Source: Geminicoccaceae bacterium (GTDB lineage: Bacteria > Pseudomonadota > Alphaproteobacteria > Geminicoccales > Geminicoccaceae). Taken from it: a stretch of 49,202 bases of DNA. This document shows positions 36,831-45,592 of this stretch, piece by piece (positions within the stretch are counted from its first letter, which is position 1; every line of letters begins with the position of its first letter). The DNA lies in the NCBI GenBank assembly GCA_020446525.1, contig JAGREO010000107.1, positions 1-49,202 on the forward strand, written 5' to 3'. A model generated the notes under the pieces. It was given only the letters and a program-made list of their open reading frames with translations, did not search any database and was not told the origin of the DNA. A program made the position numbers and the translations under genes.

Positions 36831-37411
36831 CGGGCATCGCCCTGCTCGATCACGTCGAGCACGGCATGGATCAGCAGCCGTGCCGACGTCGCACCCGGAT
36901 CGCAGTGACCGATGGAGCGCTCGCCCAGAAACGAGGCACGTCCGCGTGTGGCCTTCATCGGCCCGGTCGCTTCGCGCGCCTCGTCGGCGATGCGCCGCAG
37001 GTCGCCCGCGCGGCCCTCGGCCAGCGCCTCGCTGACGGGCACCAGAACGTCGAGCATCGTCTTGGCGCCGACATCCGATTTGCCGCGCTTTCTTACCGCC
37101 GCGACACCGGCTTCGACCTGGCTTGCAACATCGACGCCCTCCTCCGCCGCTTTGGCCATCCCGAGAAGAAAGCTGCCGTAGAGCGCACCGGAAGCGCCGC
37201 CGACCTTCGAGACGAGCACCTTGCCGGCCTCTTGCAGCGCCTTCGGCCATGGCAGTTCGGCGATCGCGTCCTTCTCCGCCAGCAACACATCGAAGCCGCG
37301 CTCGAGATTGATGCCGTGATCGCCGTCGCCGATCGCGCGGTCGAGTTCCGTCAGAACTTCGGCGTGGCCGGCGATCGTCGCATGGCATCGCTCGATCAGC
37401 GAGGCGATCAT
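36827..37411 (-). CDS. dhaL: Dihydroxyacetone kinase, ADP-binding DhaL subunit
   Basis: 194 aa, with the DGDHG, GGASG and DPGA motifs. Confidence 0.9.
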   Translation of the reverse strand: MIASLIERCHATIAGHAEVLTELDRAIGDGDHGINLERGFDVLLAEKDAIAELPWPKALQEAGKVLVSKVGGASGALYGSFLLGMAKAAEEGVDVASQVEAGVAAVRKRGKSDVGAKTMLDVLVPVSEALAEGRAGDLRRIADEAREATGPMKATRGRASFLGERSIGHCDPGATSARLLIHAVLDVIEQGDAR

Positions 37412-37423
37412 GGCGGTGTTCCC

Positions 37424-38614
37424 TCAGGCGGCCTTGCGTGCTCCTTCGCCGATCGGCAGGCGCTGGCGGACCAGGGTCGTCCAGAAGGAACAGCCCCAGG
37501 CGATCGCCTCGTCGTCGAAATCATAGGCCGGATGATGGCAGGCCGGCGTGTCGCCATTGCCGACGAAGAGAAAAGCGCCCGGCTTCTCCAGAAGCATGAA
37601 GGCGAAATCCTCGCCGCCCATGCTCGAATCATAATCCGGATCGACCCGTTCGGCGCCGGCCACGGTCACGGCCGCCTCGACCGCGTGCGACGCCTGCTCG
37701 GGATGGTTCACCGTCGGCGGGTAGTGGCGGACATAATCGAGCGTGCCCCTGGCTTCGAAGGCTTCGGCGATGTGCTCGACCATGCGCTGGAGCCGCCGTT
37801 CGACATCGTTGCGCACCTCCTCGTCGAGCGTGCGCACCGTGCCGTTGAGGCGGACGGCGGGGGCGATCACGTTGAAGGCATCGCCCGCATGAATGGTGGT
37901 GATCGAGACCACGGCCGACTGCCTCGGATCGACGGTGCGCGAGACGATTGACTGGACCGCCTGCACCAGTGCCGAGGTCACCACGATCGGATCGGTGGTC
38001 AGGTGCGGAAAGGCCGCGTGGCCGCCCTTGCCCTCGATGGTGATGGTGATCTCGTCGACCGAGCCCATCACCGCCTTGGGCGGCACGGCGAACTGGCCGA
38101 TCGGCAGGCCCGGCTTGTTGTGGATGCCGTAGACCTCGTCGACCGGAAAGCGCTCGAAAAGGCCGTCATCGATCATCGCCTTGGCCCCGGCGCCGCCTTC
38201 CTCGGCCGGCTGGAAGAAGAGATAGACGGTGCCGTCGAAACCGCGGCTCTCGGCCAGCCCCTTGGCAGCACCCAGCAGCATCGTCGTATGCCCGTCATGG
38301 CCGCAGGCGTGCATCTTGCCCGGTATCGTGGAGGACCAGGGCTTGTCCGAGGTCTCGACGATCGGCAGCGCGTCCATGTCGGCGCGCAGGCCGATGGCGC
38401 GGCCCGACGTCGATTGCTGGCCGCGGATGACGCCCACCACACCGGTTCGGCCGATGCCCCGATGGACCTCGTCGCAGCCGGCCGCCTCGAGCGCCTCGGC
38501 GACCCGGGCGGCCGTCCGCTCGACATCGTAGAGCAGTTCCGGATTGCGGTGCAGATCGCGGCGGAATTCGGTCAGTTCGTCGACGTGCTGCGCCACCCAG
38601 TTCTCGATCGCCAT
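37424..38614 (-). CDS. M20D family amidohydrolase (N-acyl-L-amino acid / hippurate hydrolase-like)
   Basis: Starts at MAIENWV (ATG 38614). It has the MHACGHDGH metal motif and FQPAEEG. Confidence 0.85.
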   Translation of the reverse strand: MAIENWVAQHVDELTEFRRDLHRNPELLYDVERTAARVAEALEAAGCDEVHRGIGRTGVVGVIRGQQSTSGRAIGLRADMDALPIVETSDKPWSSTIPGKMHACGHDGHTTMLLGAAKGLAESRGFDGTVYLFFQPAEEGGAGAKAMIDDGLFERFPVDEVYGIHNKPGLPIGQFAVPPKAVMGSVDEITITIEGKGGHAAFPHLTTDPIVVTSALVQAVQSIVSRTVDPRQSAVVSITTIHAGDAFNVIAPAVRLNGTVRTLDEEVRNDVERRLQRMVEHIAEAFEARGTLDYVRHYPPTVNHPEQASHAVEAAVTVAGAERVDPDYDSSMGGEDFAFMLLEKPGAFLFVGNGDTPACHHPAYDFDDEAIAWGCSFWTTLVRQRLPIGEGARKAA

Positions 38615-38619
38615 CCTCT

Positions 38620-39096
38620 TCAGTCTCCCTTCTCGTTCTTCATCGAATAGCGGAAGTTGCACCGATCGGCGCCCTTCATGATCGTCTGGGTGCGGCTCAA
38701 CTCCATCTTCGGATTGTAGCCGATGCAGAAATCACCGTCGCGATTGCAGGAGAGCAGATCGCCGATGTGACCGAGCCCCATCTCCTTGTACATTTCCGCA
38801 TAGAGGCAGCGTTTGACGTCGAATTCCAGCTTCGTCTCGTCGGCGGCGATCATGTCGATCTTCAGGGCATCGCCCTTGGTCCAGAGCGGCATGATCGCAC
38901 GGAAGTCCTCGAACCCGGGCTCGCGGCCCAGATCGTCGGCCAGCGCCTTGCCGTGCTCGATCGCGGCACGGCTGACCGCCTCACCGACGACGGCGCGGGC
39001 CTCCTCCGTGCCCGATCGGCGCTCGATCGTCTCGTAGACGTGCTTGAGCAGCTGCGCCTCGATGCGCCGCCGTTGCAGGATGGGCATGTCGTTCAA
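38620..39096 (-). CDS. L-2-amino-thiazoline-4-carboxylic acid (ATC) hydrolase family-like protein
   Basis: 158 aa. The call rests on family-level resemblance: a helical N-terminus, CLYAEMYKEMG, and the C-terminal TIMKGADRCNFRY motif. It was made from memory of the family and needs an HMM check. Confidence 0.55.
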   Translation of the reverse strand: MNDMPILQRRRIEAQLLKHVYETIERRSGTEEARAVVGEAVSRAAIEHGKALADDLGREPGFEDFRAIMPLWTKGDALKIDMIAADETKLEFDVKRCLYAEMYKEMGLGHIGDLLSCNRDGDFCIGYNPKMELSRTQTIMKGADRCNFRYSMKNEKGD

Positions 39097-39109
39097 GGCG
39101 GGTCTCCGT

Positions 39110-40432
39110 TCAGTCGAGCGCGATCTCGCGCCGGTCCTGCCGGCGCAGCCAGGCGAGATAATAGGGCGCCACGCGGCGAGCGATCCTGTGCATCGGCAGC
39201 GGTCGCGGCTCGCTCAGCGGCAGGGCCAGTTCGTCGAGTCTGGTTCCGGTCGCCGCCAGCGCCAGCTCACGGCCGAGCGAGATCGAGAGCGCCACGCCGC
39301 GGCCGTTGCAGCCGGTCCAGGCCCAGAGGTCGGACCCGAGACGATGGACCACCGGAAAGCGATCCCAGGTCATGCCGACATAGCCGTTCCAGACGTACTC
39401 GAAGCGCTGCTCGCCGATCTCCGGGAAGGCCTGCGCCAGCCGCCTGGAGGCGCGCGCCTGCACCCGCGCCGCGGCGTCGTGGGTGCCGAGGATCGCCGCA
39501 CCGGTGACGAGGCGATTGCGGGCGTCGTAGCGAAAGAAGCGCAGATCGCCGCTGGTGTCGGAGACCGCCTGGCGACCGGGTATGATCGTCGCCCGCAGAT
39601 TGTCGCCCAAAGGCGCCGTCGCCATCTGCCAGGAGCGCACCGGCACGACCGCGCGGGCCATGCGGTCGACCACGTCCGTCGCCAGGCCTTCGGCCACGTC
39701 GAGCGTGTAGGCGTTGGTCGCCAGGATGGCGGCCCGGGCGCGAAGGGCGCCTCGGGGGGTGGTCAGTCGCCAGCGATCGCCCTGGCGTTCCCAGCCGGTC
39801 ACCGGCGTCGCTTCGTGGAGCGTCACGCCCCGGCGTGTGCAGGCTTCGGCCAAGCCGCGTGCGAGCGCCAAGGGATTGATATGGCCGCCGGTGGGGTTGA
39901 ACATCCCGCCGTACCAGAAGCGGCTGCCGAGCATGCGCCCGGCACCTTCGGCATCGAGCAACTCCGCCGGAAAGCCGAAACGGCGCCAGGCCTCCACCCG
40001 CTTTTCGCTCAGCCGCACGCGGCCCGGCGAGTGGGCCGGCTGGAACCAGCCGTTCTGTTCGGCTTCGCAGTCGATCTTCTCATCCGCGGCCGTGCGGAAG
40101 AGATAGTCGGCACTCTCGCCGATCAGCCGGACGAGCCGCTCGCCGGCGTCGCCGTGGCGGGCGACGATGGCGTCCGGCTCGGCTGCCGTCAGCGTCGGGA
40201 TCACCTGACCGTTGTTGCGACCCGAAGCACCCCAGCCGGCCTGCTCGGCCTCGAGCAGGGTGACCTTCTCACCCCGCCGTGCCAAATGCAGCGCCGCCGA
40301 AAGCCCCGTGAAGCCGCCGCCGACCACCGCGATGTCGGTCTCGGCCTCGCCTTCGAGCGGAGCGGCCGGAGTACGCTCGGGGGTAATCGCGGCCCAGAGT
40401 GACGGTGGCATGGGTGACGGCTGCATGCTCAT
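39110..40432 (-). CDS. FAD-dependent oxidoreductase (DAO / opine- or sarcosine-oxidase beta-like)
   Basis: Starts at MSMQPSP (ATG 40432, ATGA overlap with the upstream stop). It has DIAVVGGGFTGLSAA and GASGRNNG motifs. Confidence 0.85.
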   Translation of the reverse strand: MSMQPSPMPPSLWAAITPERTPAAPLEGEAETDIAVVGGGFTGLSAALHLARRGEKVTLLEAEQAGWGASGRNNGQVIPTLTAAEPDAIVARHGDAGERLVRLIGESADYLFRTAADEKIDCEAEQNGWFQPAHSPGRVRLSEKRVEAWRRFGFPAELLDAEGAGRMLGSRFWYGGMFNPTGGHINPLALARGLAEACTRRGVTLHEATPVTGWERQGDRWRLTTPRGALRARAAILATNAYTLDVAEGLATDVVDRMARAVVPVRSWQMATAPLGDNLRATIIPGRQAVSDTSGDLRFFRYDARNRLVTGAAILGTHDAAARVQARASRRLAQAFPEIGEQRFEYVWNGYVGMTWDRFPVVHRLGSDLWAWTGCNGRGVALSISLGRELALAATGTRLDELALPLSEPRPLPMHRIARRVAPYYLAWLRRQDRREIALD

Positions 40433-42051
40433 GCGGCACACTCCCTTGCCGCCTCGTGCGGCATCCAGAACCAGCGCAAGGCTTCCGCTTCCGGATCGAA
40501 GCCGGCGGGCTCGGCCTGGATAGAGGCCGCCTGCCGTACCAGATCCTCGGCCTCGCGCATGCACGACGCGAAGTCGGGCGGTGGCGGGGCATCGGCCGAA
40601 GCCCAGTCCCAGAAGCCATCGAGCGTCAGCGGGTCGTCCGCCGTCCCCGCCCGTGCCCGCCAGACGCCGCTTTGCGCGTCGAGCGTATAGAGCGGCAGCA
40701 GTGCGAGACCGTGGCGGGCGATGAAGCGGACGGCGTCGGCGATATGATCGACCCGCGCTTCGTCGAAGAAGTAGTTCACGCCGAGCCGCGCCCAGCCCGG
40801 TCTGAAGGCGGAGAGGCCGCGCTCGACCGCCCGCTCGTGCGCCGCCGCACGGCCGGAATCGATGCCCAGGAGCGAATGACCGTAGGGGCCGGCGCAGGAG
40901 CAGCCGCCGCGCGCCTGGATGCCGAAGAGATCGTTGAGCAGGGCGACGACGTAATTGTGGTGCAACAGCTTCGCGCCCGCGCGGATGTTGAAGGAGAAAA
41001 TGCCGAGCCGCGGCTGGTCCGGCGGTCCGAGCAGCTCGATCGCCGGTTCCTGCGCCAGAGCGTCGAGCAGGCGCCTCGAGAGCCGTTCCTCCAGTTGCTG
41101 CACCCGCTCGGCACCAATCGCGTTCTTGATCGCCATGACCATGCCGGCGCGGATGTTCTCGACGATGCCCGGCGTGCCGGCCTCCTCGCGCCGCTCGGGG
41201 TCCTTGACGTAGGTCTGATGGTCCTCGGTCACATAGGAGACGGTGCCACCGCCGGCGACGGTCGGCACGGCGCAATCGAGCATCGCCCGGTCGGCGACGA
41301 GGATGCCCGAGGCGCCGGGTCCTCCGACGAACTTGTGCGAGGAGATGAAGGCCGCGTCGATGCGATCGCCGGCACCCGGAGCGCTCTCGCACATCCGAAT
41401 CGGCACATAGGGACCGGCGGCGGCGAAATCGCAGACGAAGCGCGCGCCGTGGCGGTGCAGCAGAACTGCGACGCTCGTGAGGTCGGTGCGCACGCCGGTG
41501 ACGTTGGAGGCGGCGGAGAAGGCACCGATGCGCAGCTTGTGTCGGGCGGGCTCCTTCAGCGCCCGCTCCAGACTTGCGAGGCAGATACCGCCTTTGGCAT
41601 CGAGCGGGATGCGCACGAGCTCTACCGCGGCTTCGCGCCAGGGCAGGTCGTTGGAATGATGCTCATAGGGTCCGACGAAGACCACGGCCTTGGGTCTGTC
41701 TTCCGAACGTTCGGCCAGACCCAGTGCCCGCACCAGCTTGTCGGCCGCCGCAGTGGCGCCGGTGCCGCAGAAGATGACGGCATGGTCATCGTCGGCGCCG
41801 ACACCTTCGCGCACCGCCCGCCGCGCCGCCTCGCGCAGCCGCGTCGTGCGCCGGCCGGTGTGCGAGGTTTCGGTGTGGGTGTTGCCATAGGTCGGCAGGA
41901 CGGCGCGGCGGATGGCGTCCTCGACGAAATCGAGCGAACGGCCCGAGGCGACGTAATCGGCATAGATAAGCGGCCGCGGGCCGAAGGGGCCGTGGATGGC
42001 CTCGCCGTCGCCGATCACCGCCTCGCGGATGCGCTCGACCGTGAGCTTCAT
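40429..42051 (-). CDS. Aminotransferase class V-fold PLP-dependent enzyme with C-terminal extension (cysteine desulfurase/lyase-like)
   Basis: 540 aa, with YEHHSNDLPW and the PLP lysine in SSHKFVGGPGASG. ATGA overlap with the ABC ATPase stop. Confidence 0.7.
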   Translation of the reverse strand: MKLTVERIREAVIGDGEAIHGPFGPRPLIYADYVASGRSLDFVEDAIRRAVLPTYGNTHTETSHTGRRTTRLREAARRAVREGVGADDDHAVIFCGTGATAAADKLVRALGLAERSEDRPKAVVFVGPYEHHSNDLPWREAAVELVRIPLDAKGGICLASLERALKEPARHKLRIGAFSAASNVTGVRTDLTSVAVLLHRHGARFVCDFAAAGPYVPIRMCESAPGAGDRIDAAFISSHKFVGGPGASGILVADRAMLDCAVPTVAGGGTVSYVTEDHQTYVKDPERREEAGTPGIVENIRAGMVMAIKNAIGAERVQQLEERLSRRLLDALAQEPAIELLGPPDQPRLGIFSFNIRAGAKLLHHNYVVALLNDLFGIQARGGCSCAGPYGHSLLGIDSGRAAAHERAVERGLSAFRPGWARLGVNYFFDEARVDHIADAVRFIARHGLALLPLYTLDAQSGVWRARAGTADDPLTLDGFWDWASADAPPPPDFASCMREAEDLVRQAASIQAEPAGFDPEAEALRWFWMPHEAARECAA

Positions 42052-43703
42052 GCGGCATCCTCCCCCTCGAGCACGGGCGGCGTCCAGTCGCGTCCCGGAA
42101 TCGAGGCCAAGAGCTTCTTGGTGTAGCCGTGCTCGGGCGCGCCGAACAGTTTCGCCGTCGGTCCGATCTCGACGATCCGGCCCTTTTCCATCACCGCCAC
42201 CCTGTCGCAGAGCTGGGCCGCTACGCGCAGATCGTGGGTGACGAACAGGAGCGAGAGATGCAGCCGGTCGCGAAGATCGGCCAGCAGCCGCAGCACCTGC
42301 GCCTGTACCGAGACGTCGAGCGCGGAGACCGGCTCGTCGGCCACCAGGATCTTGGGCTCGAGCGCCAGGGCGCGGGCGATGCCGATGCGCTGGCGCTGAC
42401 CGCCCGAGAATTCGTGCGGGTAGCGGTCGGCCGCGGCCGGACTGAGCTCGACCAGCTCCAGCAGCTCGCGCGCTCGCTCGCGTGCCTGCGCCCTGGGCGT
42501 GCCGTGGACGATCGGACCCTGGGCGATCAGGTCCACGACCCGCTTGCGCGGATTGAGCGAAGCCATCGGATCCTGAAAGACCATCTGCACGTCGCGGCGC
42601 ATCGCCCGCAGCCGGGCACGGCTGGCCTCGAGGATATCGTCGCCGTCGATCACCACCCGGCCGTCGTCGGCCTCGATCAGCCGGGTGACGCAGCGCGAGA
42701 CCGTGGTCTTGCCCGAGCCGCTCTCGCCGACCACCCCCAGCGTCTCGCCGCGCCTCAGAGCGAAAGAGACGTCGTCGACCGCCTTGACCGCCTGCCGACG
42801 CCCGCTGAAGAAGCCGCCGCGTGCGGCGAAGGTCTTGATCAGCCCCTCGACCTCGAGCACCACCGGGGCCGCATCGAGCGCCTTGGCCGGTGGCGGCTCG
42901 AGCGCCGGCACCGAGGCGATCAGCGCGCGGGTATAGGCGTGCCGCGGCCGATTGAGCACCTCGGTCGCCGAGCCCTGCTCGACTAGCACCCCCTCGCGCA
43001 GCACCGCCACCCGATCGGCGATCTCGGCCACCACGCCGAAATCGTGGGTGATGAAGAGGATGCCCGAGCCCATCTCCTCCTGCAGCTCGCGGATCAGCTT
43101 GAGGATCTGGAGCTGGGTGGTGACGTCGAGCGCAGTGGTCGGCTCGTCGGCGATCACCAGCTTCGGCTGGAGGGCGAGCGCCATGGCGATCATCACCCGC
43201 TGTCGCTGGCCGCCCGAGACCTGATGCGGATAGGCGTTCACCGTGGAGGCGGGATCGGGGATGTGGACGTGCTCGAGCAGCTCGATCGCCCGTGTCCGCC
43301 GGGCTTTGCGGCGAAGGTCCGTGTGCAGCTTCAGGACCTCGTCGATCTGCCAGCCGACCGTCTTTTGCGGGTTCAGGGCGGTCATCGGCTCCTGAAAGAT
43401 CATGCCGATACGATCGCCGCGGATCTGGCGCATCTGCCGCTCGCTCAGCTTCGCCAGATCCTGCCCCTCGAAGTGGATCGTGCCGCCGGTCATGCGCACG
43501 GCGGGTTCCGGCAGAAGCCGCATGACCGCACCAGCCGCCAGCGACTTGCCCGAGCCGCTCTCGCCCACCAGACAGACGATTTCGCCAGCGCGCACGGTAA
43601 GATCGAGACCTTCGAGCGCGAGCGGCCGGTCGGCGCCCGGGGGCAGGGCGATGCGCAGACCTTCGATCTCGAGGATCGGCCGATCGGCGGCGTCTTCGCT
43701 CAT
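42048..43703 (-). CDS. ABC transporter ATP-binding protein, duplicated (DppD/DppF-type fusion)
   Basis: 551 aa, with two Walker A motifs ([16 protein letters not shown]) and two signature motifs ([16 protein letters not shown]). Confidence 0.9.
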   Translation of the reverse strand: MSEDAADRPILEIEGLRIALPPGADRPLALEGLDLTVRAGEIVCLVGESGSGKSLAAGAVMRLLPEPAVRMTGGTIHFEGQDLAKLSERQMRQIRGDRIGMIFQEPMTALNPQKTVGWQIDEVLKLHTDLRRKARRTRAIELLEHVHIPDPASTVNAYPHQVSGGQRQRVMIAMALALQPKLVIADEPTTALDVTTQLQILKLIRELQEEMGSGILFITHDFGVVAEIADRVAVLREGVLVEQGSATEVLNRPRHAYTRALIASVPALEPPPAKALDAAPVVLEVEGLIKTFAARGGFFSGRRQAVKAVDDVSFALRRGETLGVVGESGSGKTTVSRCVTRLIEADDGRVVIDGDDILEASRARLRAMRRDVQMVFQDPMASLNPRKRVVDLIAQGPIVHGTPRAQARERARELLELVELSPAAADRYPHEFSGGQRQRIGIARALALEPKILVADEPVSALDVSVQAQVLRLLADLRDRLHLSLLFVTHDLRVAAQLCDRVAVMEKGRIVEIGPTAKLFGAPEHGYTKKLLASIPGRDWTPPVLEGEDAA

Positions 43704-44593
43704 CCCTTCTTCTGCCGCGGGTTGAGCGCTTCGTTCAGGCCCTCGCCGAGGAGCGAGAAGGAGAGCACGGTCAGCAGAATGGCGATGCCGGGGATGGCGG
43801 CGCAGTACCAGGCCGTGCGCAGCACGTTGCGGCCCTGCCCGATCATGTTGCCCCAGCTCGCATAGTTCGGGTCGCCCAGGCCCAGGAAGGCCAGCGCACT
43901 CTCGAGCAGGATCGAGACGGCCATGACGATCGAGGCGAAGACGATCACCGGCGGCAGGGCGTTGGGCAGGATCTCCTTGAAGATGATCGCCGTGTCGCCG
44001 AGCCCCAGATTGCGCACCGCCTCGACGAACTCACGGCTGCGCAGCGACATGAACTCGGCCCGCACCAGCCGTGCCGGTGCGGTCCAGGAGACGATGCCGA
44101 CCGCCAGGATGATGTTGTCGATCGAGGGGCCGAGGATCGCCACCAGCGCCAGCAGCAGGACGAAGTTGGGCACCGTCTGCACAGCCTCGGTGACGCGCAT
44201 CAGCACGTCGTCGACCCAGCCGCCGAAATAGCCGGCGATCGAGCCGACGACGATGCCGATGCCGATGGCGATCAGCGTCGCCACCACCCCGATCAGCAGC
44301 GAGATGCGCGCGCCGTGAAAGATGCCGGCCAGGATGTCGCGGCCGAGCTGGTCGGTCCCGAGCGGCACCGACCAGTCCTGGAACGGCCAGGTCAGCGGCT
44401 CGCCGGCACGCCGCAGCGGATCGTCCGGCTCGATCAGGCCGGCGGTGAGCGCCATGAGGATGATCACACCCAGCAACACGAGGCCCAGCACCGCAGCACG
44501 GTTTCGGCGATAGCGGCGCCAGAAGACCCGGAGCCGGCCTTCGTCGCGCGCCTGGAGCTTCGCCGAGGGGAGGATGGTATCGGGCTCTCTCAT
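43700..44593 (-). CDS. ABC transporter permease (DppC/OppC-like)
   Basis: 297-aa binding-protein-dependent transport inner-membrane component. ATGA overlaps at both ends. Confidence 0.9.
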   Translation of the reverse strand: MREPDTILPSAKLQARDEGRLRVFWRRYRRNRAAVLGLVLLGVIILMALTAGLIEPDDPLRRAGEPLTWPFQDWSVPLGTDQLGRDILAGIFHGARISLLIGVVATLIAIGIGIVVGSIAGYFGGWVDDVLMRVTEAVQTVPNFVLLLALVAILGPSIDNIILAVGIVSWTAPARLVRAEFMSLRSREFVEAVRNLGLGDTAIIFKEILPNALPPVIVFASIVMAVSILLESALAFLGLGDPNYASWGNMIGQGRNVLRTAWYCAAIPGIAILLTVLSFSLLGEGLNEALNPRQKKG

Positions 44594-45564
44594 CGAAGCT
44601 CGATCCGGCTGTCCAGCCGGGCATAGACGAGATCGGTGAGAAAATTCACGACCAGCACGACGACGGCGCTCAGAAAGATGATGCCCATGAGGGTGTTCAT
44701 GTCGCGCTGGACGACCGACTGATAGGCGAGCTGGCCTAGGCCCGGGATGGTGAAGATGGTCTCGACCACGACCGAGCCGCCGAGCACGGTGGAGAATTGC
44801 AGGCCCAGGAGGGTCACCACCGGCAGGAGTGCGTTGCGCATGATGTGGTGGAACATCAGCCGCGTCTCGCCGGCCCCCTTGGCCCGGGCGGTTCGGACAT
44901 AATCCTGCTCGGCGGTCTCCAGCACGCTGGCCCGCATCAGCCGGAGATAGAGGGCCAGATAGATGAGCGAGAGTGCCGCCGTCGGCATCACCAGATGCAG
45001 GGCCACGTCGATCACATAGTCGAGGCCGCTGTAGAAGGCGGCGATGGTCTCGATCCCGCCGGCCGGCAGCCAGCCGAGCTTGACCGAGAAGAGCACGATC
45101 ATCATCAGGCCGAGAAAGAAGGAGGGTGTCGAGTAGAAGACCAGCCCCAGCGTGGAGATGACATTGTCGGTGAGCGAGTAGGCGCGCCTCGCGGCGATCG
45201 CCCCCAGCGCCACGCCGATCGTGAAGGCGAAGAAGAGCGAGGTCGCCATCAACAGCAGCGTCACGCCGAGCCGGTCCATGAGCACGGCCGAGACCGGCTG
45301 CTCGTAGACGAAAGACCAGCCGAAATCGAACTGGAAGAGCTTGAGCATGTAGCGCCAGAGCTGCACCCAGACCGGCTGGTCGAGGCCGTATTCGGCGCGC
45401 AGCCGGGCGATGAACTGGGCGTCGGCGCCGCCCATGTCGCCGACCAGCGCATCCACCGTGTCGCCCGGGGCGAGCTGCAGCAGGAGGAAGGTGCCGACGG
45501 TGATCAGAAGGATCACCGGCACCGCCTGCAGCAGCCGCCTCAGACCGTAGCGCAGCAGCTTCAT
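44590..45564 (-). CDS. ABC transporter permease (DppB/OppB-like)
   Basis: 324 aa, with the N-terminus MKLLRYGLRRLLQAVPVILL typical of DppB-type permeases. Confidence 0.9.
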   Translation of the reverse strand: MKLLRYGLRRLLQAVPVILLITVGTFLLLQLAPGDTVDALVGDMGGADAQFIARLRAEYGLDQPVWVQLWRYMLKLFQFDFGWSFVYEQPVSAVLMDRLGVTLLLMATSLFFAFTIGVALGAIAARRAYSLTDNVISTLGLVFYSTPSFFLGLMMIVLFSVKLGWLPAGGIETIAAFYSGLDYVIDVALHLVMPTAALSLIYLALYLRLMRASVLETAEQDYVRTARAKGAGETRLMFHHIMRNALLPVVTLLGLQFSTVLGGSVVVETIFTIPGLGQLAYQSVVQRDMNTLMGIIFLSAVVVLVVNFLTDLVYARLDSRIELR

Positions 45565-45592
45565 CGTTCAGCCGCCGCTGCCCGCCATCGCG

